The notes: a model not told the origin generated them from the sequence alone. Shown: positions 1 to 8,668, numbered from the stretch's first letter. The stretch: DNA of 20,478 nucleotides from PVC group bacterium (GCA_043804695.1 JAZDIV010000032.1:1-20478); one strand, 5' to 3'. Numbers and translations are program-made.

Positions 1-87
1 GGCGGCGCCCGGGCGGGGCGGGGTAATGGTACGCGCTCCGGCCCGTTCGCCTCGCCGCGCTCGCGCGTCGAGCCGAACTTGTTATTC
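1..87 (-). mobile_element. attC site, partial (R' end lies beyond the window start)
   Basis: Minus strand reads GAATAAC-AAGTT-CGGCTCGACGCGCGAGCGCGGCG...GGGCGCCGCC. It has an R''-like xxxTAAC core followed by a GC-rich imperfect palindrome (GCGGCG/CGCCGC), and lies divergent to an integron integrase. Confidence 0.65.
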
Positions 88-187
88 TACACAATCTACA
101 ATTACTCGCCGCCGATGGTCTAAGTTTATGGTCAATTAGCAAAAGCATCAAGAATTCTTTCCTCATTGATCTCCTCATCTCGATTGC

Positions 188-240
188 GCTTAACCGGAAC
201 CGGCTTTCTGTTTAATATAACACCAGATTATCTTTGATTA
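188..240 (-). mobile_element. candidate attI region
   Basis: AT-rich segment just upstream of intI with two GTT cores on the minus strand: GTTATAT (221-215) and GTTAAGC (194-188). The first shares GTTAT with the complement of the attC R'' (GTTATTC). Confidence 0.4.
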
Positions 241-272
241 TATTGATTTAGGGATAACCAGGGGGTTTCTTT

Positions 273-1178
273 ATGAACAAGGGCGATAAGCAATTCCAGG
301 CGGTGCTGAACAATTATGCCAAGTTTTTGCGCGAGAAAAAATTGGCCCTGCCCAGGCACCAGCCCTACCTGGTCCGCTGGGTGAAGGAGTTTCTTCATTA
401 CGCGCGGGGACACCCCGGTTACACATTCGAACAGACGCTTGATCTCTTCCTGGCTGAGGGCGGTGGACGGGTCGGGACCAAGCCCTGGCAGATTCAGCAG
501 GCGGCGGATGCTGTGCGCATCTACCGCTATCAGTTCCGGGCCGCCAACGTCGAGGGGGCATCGGGAGAGGCCGTCCAGCCTGACGGAAAGGTCCCAACCG
601 ATGACGCGAGCCTGCTGGCCCGACTGGAGGAGATCATCCGACTCCGGCACTACGCCCGGAGCACGGAAAAAACTTACCTGCATTGGGCCCGGAGGTTTCT
701 CGATTACCGGCGGCAAACCGGATTGATCGGCGAGCCGAAGGCGGCGGATGTGAAGGCGTTCCTCACCCGCCTGGCGATGGCGGAGAAGGTGAGCGCCTCG
801 ACCCAAAATCAGGCTTTCTGCGCCCTTCTCCTCCTCTTTCGCGAGGTTTTGCGTACCAACCTGGAGGAGATGGCGAACACGGTACGGGCCAAGCTGGGAA
901 GAAAGCTGCCGACGGTGCTCTCCGTGGACGAAGTCCGGGCGGTGCGCAGGACGGGCATTCCCAAGCACGCTTCGGTGCATACCCTGCGGCACAGCTTCGC
1001 CACTCACCTGCTGCTCAGAGGCACCGACATCCGGGAGATCCAGGATCTGCTGGGCCACAAGAGCGTGGAGACGACGATGATCTACACCCCCGTCGCCCGC
1101 GAGCTGAAGACCCGGGCTCGCAGCCCGCTGGACGTCCTGCCGGACCAGAGCCCCGATCCTGGAAGCGCCACCGGCTGA
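273..1178 (+). CDS. intI: integron integrase (tyrosine recombinase), internally deleted and probably inactive
   Basis: IntI-type motifs [77 protein letters not shown] and SPLD. The GxGLR box I, GKGxKDR and the integron-specific insertion are absent. Confidence 0.88.
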   Translation: MNKGDKQFQAVLNNYAKFLREKKLALPRHQPYLVRWVKEFLHYARGHPGYTFEQTLDLFLAEGGGRVGTKPWQIQQAADAVRIYRYQFRAANVEGASGEAVQPDGKVPTDDASLLARLEEIIRLRHYARSTEKTYLHWARRFLDYRRQTGLIGEPKAADVKAFLTRLAMAEKVSASTQNQAFCALLLLFREVLRTNLEEMANTVRAKLGRKLPTVLSVDEVRAVRRTGIPKHASVHTLRHSFATHLLLRGTDIREIQDLLGHKSVETTMIYTPVARELKTRARSPLDVLPDQSPDPGSATG

Positions 1179-1200
1179 CCGGGAGCGGAGAAAAGCAAAC

Positions 1201-1234
1201 GCCCCTCCCTGCCAGCGGCAGGGAGGGGCATTTT
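1201..1234. terminator. probable bidirectional intrinsic terminator between convergent intI and metK
   Basis: 13-bp perfect stem GCCCCTCCCTGCC-agc-GGCAGGGAGGGGC, with ATTTT after it on + and GTTTGCTTTT after it on -. Confidence 0.7.
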
Positions 1235-1236
1235 CA

Positions 1237-1260
1237 CACAGACAGGAATGTCTGTGCTAC
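1237..1260 (-). repeat. GTAG-type REP-like palindrome
   Basis: Minus strand GTAG-CACAGACA-TTCC-TGTCTGTG: a GTAG tetranucleotide followed by an 8-bp stem. Confidence 0.6.
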
Positions 1261-2447
1261 TTTTTGGCGGCCTTTTTCAGCTCGTCGACCTTGTCCCGGT
1301 TCTCCCAGGTGAAGCCCTCCTCCTCCCGGCCGAAATGGCCGTAGGCGGCGGTCTTCTGGTAGATCGGGCGGAGGAGATCGAGCATCTCGATGATGCCCCG
1401 GGGCTTGAGGGCGAAGACGTCGCGGACGATCGCGACCAGTTCATCGTCCGACAGATCGCTGGTCCCGTGTGCGTTGACATAGACGGAGACGGGGTCCGCC
1501 ACTCCGATCGCGTGGGCGAGCTGAATTTCACACCGGTCGGCGAGACCGGCGGCCACGATGTTCTTGGCGATGTACCGGCACATATAGGAAGCGCTCCGGT
1601 CGACCTTGGACGGGTCTTTCCCGGAGAAGGCGCCGCCGCCGTGGGGGGCTTCGCCGCCGTAGGTGTCAACGATGATCTTGCGCCCGGTCATCCCGGTATC
1701 GCACTGAGGCCCGCCGATCTCGAACTTGCCGGTCCCGTTCACGATCCAGATGGTGTCTCCTTCCCGGTACAGATCCTTCAGGACCGGCTTGATGACTTCG
1801 TCCCGAATGGCCTTTTTCGCCTCGGAGGTCATGAACTTGCCGGTGCGATCGACGACCTCGCTGGTGTGTTGGGCGGCGACCACCACCCGGGGGATGGAGA
1901 TAACCCGGCCGCCCCGGTACTCGACCGTCACCTGGGATTTTCCGTCCGGCCCCAGCCAGGGGAGGATCTTCTCTTTCCTGACCTGCGCCAGCCGGCGGCA
2001 GAGACGGTGCGCCGTCATGATCGGCAGCGGCATCAGTTCCGGGGTCTCCCGGCAGGCATAGCCGACCATCAACCCCTGATCGCCGGCTCCCTGCTCCTTG
2101 TGTTCCCCTTCCCCCTCGGTCACCCCCTGGGAGATGTCCGGCGACTGGTGGCCGATCGCGTTCAGGATGGCGCAGCTTTTCGAGTCAAACCCGTAGCGGG
2201 GATCGGTATAGCCGATCTCCCTCACGACCCTCCGGACCAGGTCGGGCACGTCGATATAGGTTGTGGTGGTGATTTCTCCCCCCACAATGGCGAGGCCGGC
2301 GGTGATAAAAGTCTCGCAGGCCACCCGGCCCCGCGGGTCGTCGGCCAGCACCTTATCCAGAACCGCGTCCGAGATCTGGTCGCAGACCTTGTCGGGATGC
2401 CCCTCGGTCACCGATTCCGACGTGAAAATGTAATGATTGGGCTTCAT
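1257..2447 (-). CDS. metK: S-adenosylmethionine synthetase
   Basis: [42 protein letters not shown] and YGHFGR motifs; SD AGGAGGAGG at 2460-2452. Confidence 0.98.
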   Translation of the reverse strand: MKPNHYIFTSESVTEGHPDKVCDQISDAVLDKVLADDPRGRVACETFITAGLAIVGGEITTTTYIDVPDLVRRVVREIGYTDPRYGFDSKSCAILNAIGHQSPDISQGVTEGEGEHKEQGAGDQGLMVGYACRETPELMPLPIMTAHRLCRRLAQVRKEKILPWLGPDGKSQVTVEYRGGRVISIPRVVVAAQHTSEVVDRTGKFMTSEAKKAIRDEVIKPVLKDLYREGDTIWIVNGTGKFEIGGPQCDTGMTGRKIIVDTYGGEAPHGGGAFSGKDPSKVDRSASYMCRYIAKNIVAAGLADRCEIQLAHAIGVADPVSVYVNAHGTSDLSDDELVAIVRDVFALKPRGIIEMLDLLRPIYQKTAAYGHFGREEEGFTWENRDKVDELKKAAKK

Positions 2448-2462
2448 AAAACCTCCTCCTCA

Positions 2463-2493
2463 TAAATTAGCTCGCTTCACTCGCGCAACTAAA
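2463..2493 (-). repeat. start-anchored hairpin module S (copy 1)
   Basis: Minus AGTTGCGCGAGTGAAGCGAGCTAATTT(ATG), abutting the metK SD. Confidence 0.75.
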
Positions 2494-2500
2494 TAGAACT

Positions 2501-2527
2501 ACGAATTACGCGAATTACACGAATTTA
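2501..2527. repeat. 9-bp tandem repeat x3 (RCGAATTAC)
   Basis: ACGAATTAC GCGAATTAC ACGAATTTA read directly. Confidence 0.8.
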
Positions 2528-2567
2528 CTTTTAATAAGTCAGCTACATTAATTCAATGCTTGCACAC

Positions 2568-2619
2568 TCTTATTTTTCCGCGCCGCCCCGAAGTATTAAT
2601 CGGGGGAGGAAAAATAAGA
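2568..2619. repeat. palindromic module A (copy 1)
   Basis: TCTTATTTTTCC...GGAAAAATAAGA arms enclosing CCCCGA-N8-TCGGGG; closely similar to 5943-5994. Confidence 0.8.
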
Positions 2620-2644
2620 TAGTAAACCCGCCCGGATCTGGCAA
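2616..2644 (-). promoter_or_regulatory. putative sigma70 promoter for metK
   Basis: TTGCCA (2644-2639), 17-bp spacer, TATCTT (2621-2616). Confidence 0.5.
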
Positions 2645-2778
2645 GGAGAAAGTGCGCCCCCGCTGACCGGGAAATCAGCTGGGCCGATCGGGAAGAAAAA
2701 ACCGGGTGCGGTAGGCTGATCAACGGTGTCGCTATCCAGAACGTGTTGGACTTTAACTGACACCGCCCCGGGCCGGGA

Positions 2779-4548
2779 TCACCGTTTGTGCTCCTCGCGC
2801 TGGAAAAACATCGGAACCGCCCGGCCCAGGATTTTCTTCACCTCGTCCCTGATCTGATCCGCGGAATCATACTGGAGCACGGTCTGGGCCAGTTTCCTGG
2901 CCTCGGCCAGACGGAGCGAGGTGATGATTTTCTTCACCTCCGGGATCATGGCCGGGCTCACGCTGAACTCGTCCAGCCCCAGTCCCAGCAGGATGGGGAC
3001 GGAGAGGATATCACCGGCCATTTCTCCGCACATCCCGACCCAGATGTTGTTCCGGTGTCCGATGGTGATCGTCTGGTGGATCAGGTGGAGCACCGCCGGA
3101 TTGAGGGGATCGTAGAGATAGGCGATCTTTTCGTTCACCCGGTCGACCGCCAGCGTGTACTGGATGAGATCATTCGTGCCGATGCTGAAAAAATCGACCT
3201 GGCGGGCCAGGACCTCGGCCACCACCACCGCCGCCGGGATCTCGATCATGATCCCGACCTCCATCTCCGGAAAAAACGGAATCCCCTGCCGCTTCAGGCC
3301 GTTCTTGGTGTCCTCCCATATCTCCAGAACCCGTTTCAGCTCCGCGTAGCCCGATATCATCGGGAACATGACCTTGACGTTCTTCTGACAGCTGGCCCTC
3401 AGGATTGCCCGGAGCTGGGTTTTGAAGATATCCTGCCGCTCGAGGCAGAACCGGATCGCTCTCCAGCCCATGAAGGGGTTGATTTCCCGGGGGATCTCGA
3501 GAGCGGAATTGAACTTATCGCCCCCCAGGTCGAGGGTGCGGATGATCACCGAAGCCGGCTTCATCTTCGCCGCCACCGTGTTATAGGCCTGAAACTGCTC
3601 TTCTTCATCGGGGACATCAGCCCGATTCAGATAAAAATATTCCGTCCGGTAAAGCCCCACCCCCTGGCCGCCGTGGGCGATGACTGAGGGGAGATCTTCC
3701 GGCATCTCGATATTGGCGGCCAGAGTTATTCGGAAACCGTCGCGGGTTTCGGCCGGAACATCCTTCAGTTCCTTCAGCCGGGCGTCAAACCGGGCTAAAT
3801 CCGATTGTTCCCGCTTCACCCGGGCCAGAGTTGACCGGGAAGGGAACAAGATCACCCGGCCGTCGGTGCCGTCCACGACGACGGGATCACCGCTGCGCGC
3901 GGAGATCGAGATGTCGCCCAGGCCGACCACCGCCGGGATCTCGAGGGAGCGGGCCATGATCGCCGTGTGGGAGGTTTTTCCCCCGATGTCGGTGGCAAAA
4001 CCGATCACATTCTCCTTGTGCATCAAGGCGGTGTCCGACGGGGAAAGATCGTGGGCGATCACCACCACTTCCTCGGCCAGCGAGGCCAGATCGGCCCGTT
4101 TCCGGCCGGTCAGGTTATGGAGCACCCGCCGGGCGACGTCCCGGATATCGCTCAGGCGCTCTTTGATATAATCATCCTTAACCTGGAGGAAGGCCCTGGT
4201 ATACTCGCCCATCACCTCCTGGAAGACATACCCGGCGTTGACCTTCTTTGCCTCGATCCCTTTGACCACTTCGGCGATCAGGGTACGGTCTTCCACCACC
4301 AGAAGGTGGGCTTCGAAGAGATCGGTCACCTCCCGGCCCGCCCGGTCGGCCAGATCCTGACGGATTCTGATCAGTTCTTTCCGGGTTTCGATCAGGGCGT
4401 CTTCAAAACGGGCGATCTCCGCCCCGACCTCTTTTTCGGGGATCTGATGGGGGACAACGGAGGTCTCTTCCAGGTCGAACAGATATATCTTCCCCACCAC
4501 AAAACCGGGAGAGGCGGCGATTCCCTCGAAGACCTTTTCCTTCATCAC
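2779..4548 (-). CDS. ptsI: PEP-protein phosphotransferase (PTS enzyme I)
   Basis: GGKTSHTAIMARS phospho-His motif, GLYRTE, RTLDLGGDK, NPFMGWRAIR, DFFSIGTNDLIQY, GMCGEMAG. Confidence 0.97.
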   Translation of the reverse strand: MMKEKVFEGIAASPGFVVGKIYLFDLEETSVVPHQIPEKEVGAEIARFEDALIETRKELIRIRQDLADRAGREVTDLFEAHLLVVEDRTLIAEVVKGIEAKKVNAGYVFQEVMGEYTRAFLQVKDDYIKERLSDIRDVARRVLHNLTGRKRADLASLAEEVVVIAHDLSPSDTALMHKENVIGFATDIGGKTSHTAIMARSLEIPAVVGLGDISISARSGDPVVVDGTDGRVILFPSRSTLARVKREQSDLARFDARLKELKDVPAETRDGFRITLAANIEMPEDLPSVIAHGGQGVGLYRTEYFYLNRADVPDEEEQFQAYNTVAAKMKPASVIIRTLDLGGDKFNSALEIPREINPFMGWRAIRFCLERQDIFKTQLRAILRASCQKNVKVMFPMISGYAELKRVLEIWEDTKNGLKRQGIPFFPEMEVGIMIEIPAAVVVAEVLARQVDFFSIGTNDLIQYTLAVDRVNEKIAYLYDPLNPAVLHLIHQTITIGHRNNIWVGMCGEMAGDILSVPILLGLGLDEFSVSPAMIPEVKKIITSLRLAEARKLAQTVLQYDSADQIRDEVKKILGRAVPMFFQREEHKR

Positions 4549-4817
4549 TCTTCCCCGAATTTCGCCTTGAACAGGGCCTCGATCTCGTTCATGGCCGTTT
4601 CCGCGTCCTCTCCCCGCGCGATCACCGTCACGGTCGCCCCCTGGGGAGCGGCCAGCATCAGCACCCCCATGATGCTTTTCCCGTTGACTTCCTCGGTCCC
4701 CCGCTTGAGGACGATCTCGGAGCTGAACCGGCTGGTCAGCTGGACGAAGCTGGCGGCTGGCCGGGCATGCATGCCGAGCTTGTTCTCAACCTGGATGGCC
4801 CTTATCACTTCCGGCAT
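4545..4817 (-). CDS. ptsH: phosphocarrier protein HPr
   Basis: GMHARPAA (His15) and NGKSIMGVL (Ser46); 90 aa; ATGA overlap with ptsI. Confidence 0.96.
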   Translation of the reverse strand: MPEVIRAIQVENKLGMHARPAASFVQLTSRFSSEIVLKRGTEEVNGKSIMGVLMLAAPQGATVTVIARGEDAETAMNEIEALFKAKFGEE

Positions 4818-4820
4818 AAT

Positions 4821-5771
4821 CTACTCTTTATTCGGCACCGAATGACCGATCCGCTCCTGGACGGTACGGTCCAGTTCCCGGGCCGCATGATACCCCATTC
4901 TCTTGATCCGGTGATTGAGGGCGGCGACTTCAATCAGGAGGGCCAGATCCCGTCCGGGACCGACCGGGAGAACGATGTGGGGAATCTCGACCCCGAGAAT
5001 GCTCAGGTACTCCTCATCCAATCCCAGCCGTTCATACTCCTTGTCCGGATCCCAGGACTCCAGGGTAACCGCCAGATCCAGCCGCTTGCGCTGCCGGACG
5101 CAGCCGACGCCGAAGAGGTTGCGAACATCGATGATCCCCAGCCCCCTGATCTCCATGTGGAACCGGGTCAGTTCCGAACCTTCCCCCAGCAAGTAGGTCC
5201 CATCCATCAAGCGGACGGAGATGTAGTCATCGCTGACCAGGCGGTGCCCCCGTTCCACCAGGCTCAGGGTGCACTCGCTCTTGCCGACGCCGCTCTTGCC
5301 CCTGATCAAAACCCCCACCCCATAAACCTCGACCAGGTTGGCGATGATGCTGGTGTGGGGAGCGAACATCTCCTCTAAAAATATCGTACAGAGATTGAGC
5401 AGCCGGGTCGTGATCAGGGGGGAACGAAAGACCGGTATCCCGACCCGATCGGCCTCGGAGAGGAGTTCCGGGGGGGGGACGTAATTTCGGGCGATGATGC
5501 AGAACGGGATCTTCTGTCCGAAAAAAAGGCTGAGGCGTTTTTTCCTTTCCGCGGACGGCAAGCCGCGAAGATAACTGATCTCGACCTTGCCCAGAACCTG
5601 GCCGCGCCGGGTGGCGAAGAACGCCAGGTAGCCGGCCAATACCAGGCCGGGGCGATTGATCTCGGAAATCAGGATTTTTCTCTTCAGCCCTTTCTCCCCG
5701 GCCACCAGCCTGAGTTCGAGTTTCTCTCTCAGGCTGTTGTAAAACTGCTTGACGGTGAGACCCTTCATCAT
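4821..5771 (-). CDS. hprK: HPr(Ser) kinase/phosphorylase
   Basis: INRPGL, GVGVLIRGKSGVGKSE Walker A, LVSDD, MEIRGLGIIDV, PVGPGRDLA. Confidence 0.96.
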   Translation of the reverse strand: MMKGLTVKQFYNSLREKLELRLVAGEKGLKRKILISEINRPGLVLAGYLAFFATRRGQVLGKVEISYLRGLPSAERKKRLSLFFGQKIPFCIIARNYVPPPELLSEADRVGIPVFRSPLITTRLLNLCTIFLEEMFAPHTSIIANLVEVYGVGVLIRGKSGVGKSECTLSLVERGHRLVSDDYISVRLMDGTYLLGEGSELTRFHMEIRGLGIIDVRNLFGVGCVRQRKRLDLAVTLESWDPDKEYERLGLDEEYLSILGVEIPHIVLPVGPGRDLALLIEVAALNHRIKRMGYHAARELDRTVQERIGHSVPNKE

Positions 5772-5801
5772 ATTAATTAGCGCCTCCGGCGCTACTTAAT
5801 A
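5771..5801 (-). repeat. start-anchored hairpin module S (copy 2)
   Basis: TATTAATTAGCGCC-tcc-GGCGCTACTTAATA, a 14-bp stem with one mismatch that overlaps the A of the hprK ATG. Confidence 0.8.
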
Positions 5802-5804
5802 GTG

Positions 5805-5829
5805 GATCCCGATTGTTCCAATCGGGATC
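5805..5829. repeat. 11-bp perfect hairpin
   Basis: GATCCCGATTG-ttc-CAATCGGGATC. Confidence 0.75.
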
Positions 5830-5880
5830 TGTTGGTTAAACTCAAATAATCAATAGGGGCAATTGCATAAAAAAGACTTT

Positions 5881-5938
5881 TATACATCAGTCGACATTTG
5901 CCTCCTGGGAGATATTTTTCCTGTCGACTTGATGTATA
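5881..5938. repeat. inverted repeat with a single bulged base
   Basis: TATACATCA-GTCGACA ... TGTCGAC-T-TGATGTATA. Confidence 0.7.
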
Positions 5939-5942
5939 CCAC

Positions 5943-5994
5943 TTTTATTTTTTCGCTCCGCCCCGAAGCATCAATCGGGGGAGAAAAAATAAAA
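5943..5994. repeat. palindromic module A (copy 2), abutting the hpf stop
   Basis: TTTTATTTTTTC...GAAAAAATAAAA arms with inner CCCCGA-N8-TCGGGG. Confidence 0.8.
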
Positions 5995-6510
5995 TTACTC
6001 TATCTCCAGCAGTCCCAGGGCGCCGTCGTCCCGGCGGAAGATAATGCTCAATGTGCCGCCGTCGGCGTTCCGGAAGACCAGAAAGCTCCGGTTGCCTTCC
6101 CGGAGCCGGAGAGAAGCCTCCCGCTCGCCGAGACTTTCAATAACCGGCCCGGGCTCTTTGATCAGGCGGGGGATGTCTTCCGGCCGGTCGTCAACAAAAT
6201 ACGGCGCCCGGATTTTATTTTTCCAACGCCGGGATGATTTATCCTTGATTTTCTTCAGTTTTTTTTCGAACTTCCCGGCCGCCTGGTTCACGGCCGTCTG
6301 CAGGCTGCGGCTGCGGGACCGGCAGTTGATCCGGTGGTGGCCGGACTGGAGATTGATCTCCAGCAGATATCCCGCTTTTTCGGCTTCAATGATCAGGTGG
6401 ACGGTGGCGGCGGGGCTCCACAGCGGCTCCAGGCTCTCAAGTTTCTCGCGGGCGTGATCCTTGATCTCTTCCGTGATCGAAGCGTGCCGCGCGGTGATGG
6501 TAATCGGCAT
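5995..6510 (-). CDS. hpf: ribosome hibernation promoting factor, long form (RaiA/sigma54 modulation family)
   Basis: ITITARHASITEEIKDHAREKL N-terminus and C-terminal FLVFRNADGGTLSIIFRRDDGALGLLE domain; SD AAGGAGG; follows lptB. Confidence 0.9.
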   Translation of the reverse strand: MPITITARHASITEEIKDHAREKLESLEPLWSPAATVHLIIEAEKAGYLLEINLQSGHHRINCRSRSRSLQTAVNQAAGKFEKKLKKIKDKSSRRWKNKIRAPYFVDDRPEDIPRLIKEPGPVIESLGEREASLRLREGNRSFLVFRNADGGTLSIIFRRDDGALGLLEIE

Positions 6511-6524
6511 GGATGATCCTCCTT

Positions 6525-6570
6525 TAATTTTATTTTCCTCTCCTCTCCGGAGGAGAGGAAAATAAAATTA
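6525..6570. repeat. palindromic module A (copy 3), perfect 21-bp stem containing the lptB stop
   Basis: TAATTTTATTTTCCTCTCCTC-tccg-GAGGAGAGGAAAATAAAATTA. Confidence 0.9.
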
Positions 6571-7290
6571 CATTGTAAACTGTTCCCCGAGATAAATCTC
6601 CCGGGCCTGGGGGCTGTTGATCAGTTCCTCGGATGTGCCGGAGATTAAAATCCGGCTCTGGAACATGATGTACGATCGGTCGGTGACCGCAAGCGTTTCC
6701 CTCACGTTATGATCGGTCAAAAGGATGCCCAGGCCGCGGTTCTTCAGGTCGATGATGATCTGCTGCACGTCAAAGACGGCGATGGGATCCACCCCGGAGA
6801 AAGGCTCGTCGAGCAGAATAAACCGGGGGGAGGTCACCAGCGCCCGGGCAATCTCCAGGCGCCTTCTCTCCCCCCCCGAAAGCATGTACGCCTTGCTCCG
6901 GGCGAGGTGATTGATCCCCAGCTCCTGGAGCAGGTCCGTCATTTTCTGCTTGCGGGCGGCCGATCTCATCTTCAGCGTCTGCAGGATGGCCATGATATTG
7001 TCTTCCACGGTCAGGTTTCTGAAAACCGACGGTTCCTGGGACAGATAGCTCATGCCCAGCCGCGCCCGGCGGGACATGGGGAGGTGGGTGATATCCTTCT
7101 GCTGGAAAAAAACCCTCCCCCCGGTGGCCTTGATCAGGCCGACGATCATGTAAAAACTGGTGGTCTTGCCGGCGCCGTTCGGTCCCAGCAACCCGACAAT
7201 CTCCCCCCGGTTGACGTGGAGGCTGACCCGGTCGACCACCCGGCGCTTTTTATACACCTTGACTAAATTTTCCGCCCGGAATAACTCCAT
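6568..7290 (-). CDS. lptB: LPS export ABC transporter ATP-binding protein
   Basis: GPNGAGKTT, LSGGERRRLEIARAL, LLDEPFSGVDP, ILLTDHNVRETL, YLGEQF. Confidence 0.97.
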   Translation of the reverse strand: MELFRAENLVKVYKKRRVVDRVSLHVNRGEIVGLLGPNGAGKTTSFYMIVGLIKATGGRVFFQQKDITHLPMSRRARLGMSYLSQEPSVFRNLTVEDNIMAILQTLKMRSAARKQKMTDLLQELGINHLARSKAYMLSGGERRRLEIARALVTSPRFILLDEPFSGVDPIAVFDVQQIIIDLKNRGLGILLTDHNVRETLAVTDRSYIMFQSRILISGTSEELINSPQAREIYLGEQFTM

Positions 7291-7292
7291 TA

Positions 7293-7315
7293 TATTTTTT
7301 GCTCCGCAAAAAATA
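7293..7315 (-). repeat. 10-bp hairpin with GGA loop, ending 2 nt before the lptB ATG
   Basis: Minus TATTTTTTGC-GGA-GCAAAAAATA-TA-ATG. Confidence 0.75.
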
Positions 7316-7318
7316 GTT

Positions 7319-7369
7319 TAACCTGGGTTATTCATGAAAGGTATTAATTTTCATGAATAACCCAGGTTA
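7319..7369. repeat. palindromic module B (copy 1)
   Basis: TAACCTGGGTTATTCATGAAA-N9-TTTCATGAATAACCCAGGTTA, perfect 21-bp stem. Confidence 0.9.
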
Positions 7370-7576
7370 CTGATTTTCGTTCAATGCATTATGAATAGCG
7401 ATCTTGCTTATGCGGCGGCGACACTCTGCTTTTTATTTTCCGGAAGGACAACGTTTTATCTTTCTATTAACATTGCCTATGGAAATAGATCATTGATTAT
7501 AATCTATTGCCAAAGAAGACGATTGAATCAATATGTTTTCGTGTCACTGTTTTTTTGTCTCTGTCATTGTTCACAG

Positions 7577-7629
7577 CTAATCCGATTTTTGCCTGCCTGC
7601 TGTGGGCAGGCAGGCAAAAATCGGATTAG
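7577..7629. repeat. perfect 24-bp palindrome containing the lptA stop
   Basis: CTAATCCGATTTTTGCCTGCCTGC-tgtgg-GCAGGCAGGCAAAAATCGGATTAG. Confidence 0.9.
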
Positions 7630-8123
7630 AAGTTCACGTTGTAGTCCCGGTCGGGGAAAAACTTGATGCCGGGGGTGTCCTCAACTTCGATCTCATTCCG
7701 GTCCAGGTAAAAGGTGATCTGCCCCCCTCGGACGCTGTCGGTGCGGGAAGTGATCACGGCATCGCCGAGCAAGACGGCCTTCTTCTCGTCGGGATAATAA
7801 ATGACCTTTTCAGCATTGCCGGTCTTCTCTTCCGACAGGATCTGAACATTTCCCTCCCCTTCCGTCCTTTCGACTTTCTTCCCATCCGGCGTGAAGAAGA
7901 TGACCAGCCGGTCGGCCCGGAGGCTGCCCCGGGGATTTTTCACCAGGACGTTGTTGAAGAAGGTCGCCTGCTGATGCCCGTAATCCAGGAAAAGGTTGCC
8001 GTCGCAGGTGACGACCGTCCACTCGTCGTCCGGCGGCGCCTCCGGCTCCGGGGCGGCGAAGAAAACCGGCGAGATCAGGGAGCCGATAAAAACCAGAACA
8101 GTCGTTCCGATGGCGGATTTCAT
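7626..8123 (-). CDS. lptA: LPS transport periplasmic protein, LptA/OstA family
   Basis: Signal-peptide-like N-terminus, OstA-like beta pattern (LRADRLVIFF, EGNVQI, AVLLGDAVI, GGQITFYL); lies between lptC and lptB. Confidence 0.85.
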   Translation of the reverse strand: MKSAIGTTVLVFIGSLISPVFFAAPEPEAPPDDEWTVVTCDGNLFLDYGHQQATFFNNVLVKNPRGSLRADRLVIFFTPDGKKVERTEGEGNVQILSEEKTGNAEKVIYYPDEKKAVLLGDAVITSRTDSVRGGQITFYLDRNEIEVEDTPGIKFFPDRDYNVNF

Positions 8124-8668
8124 AGCGGGAACAGCCCCCGGTTGTCCTTTTCCTTGATCAAAAGCTGCACGTCCTCAAAGACCCGGATCTCTTCGTTATC
8201 GGGGGTCCATAAATACCCCCGGCCGGTCAGGACCATATTTTCCCTGCGCACGGTGATCCGTTCCTCATCCCCGCGGGCGATCCGGGTGTCCGTGTAAAAA
8301 AGCATTTTGCCGGCATTGATCGTCAGATCGCTGATTTTCGGGGCGAGGGCGTCGGCGGTCAAATCGGCGATCTCCATGCAGACCGGCGAGAGAAAATGAA
8401 CCGACGTCCCCGCCAGCTTCCACTCCATGTCCCCGTCCCGGTTGGGGATGTACCGGATGAACCCCCCGCTCACCTCCTGCGCCGGAAGGGCGAGGGTCGC
8501 GGTAGCCCGAGGTGCCGGTGACCGGGACGGGGGGCCGGAGACGACCGGGAGGGGGGGCGGTGAAGGCGCCGGGGAGGAAGTGAATACCTCCTCCCCGCAC
8601 GCGGGTATGGCGACGCCCGCCGAGAGGGCGGCGACCAGAAACGCCGAATTGAGAAGACCACTTCTCAT
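8120..8668 (-). CDS. lptC: LPS export periplasmic protein, LptC-like
   Basis: Hydrophobic N-terminus, Pro-rich linker, WKLAG and MVLTGRG...IRVFEDVQL beta-jellyroll-like pattern; lies between kdsC and lptA. Confidence 0.72.
   Translation of the reverse strand: MRSGLLNSAFLVAALSAGVAIPACGEEVFTSSPAPSPPPLPVVSGPPSRSPAPRATATLALPAQEVSGGFIRYIPNRDGDMEWKLAGTSVHFLSPVCMEIADLTADALAPKISDLTINAGKMLFYTDTRIARGDEERITVRRENMVLTGRGYLWTPDNEEIRVFEDVQLLIKEKDNRGLFPL

Noticed and set aside
195..272. LexA box or defined Pc/PintI promoters
   Set aside because: The region is AT-rich, but I could not support a known LexA motif or an unambiguous -35/-10 pair.
228..1058. 276-aa minus-strand ORF over intI
   Set aside because: Antisense to the integrase; no family features.
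2620..2778. Possible SAM riboswitch upstream of metK
   Set aside because: No SAM-I, SAM-II or SAH consensus recognisable by eye on the minus strand; an Rfam scan would be decisive.
7391..7666. 91-aa plus-strand ORF in the lptA-lptB spacer
   Set aside because: Antisense to the operon, atypical composition, no SD, and it runs through a palindrome. A small cargo gene cannot be fully excluded.
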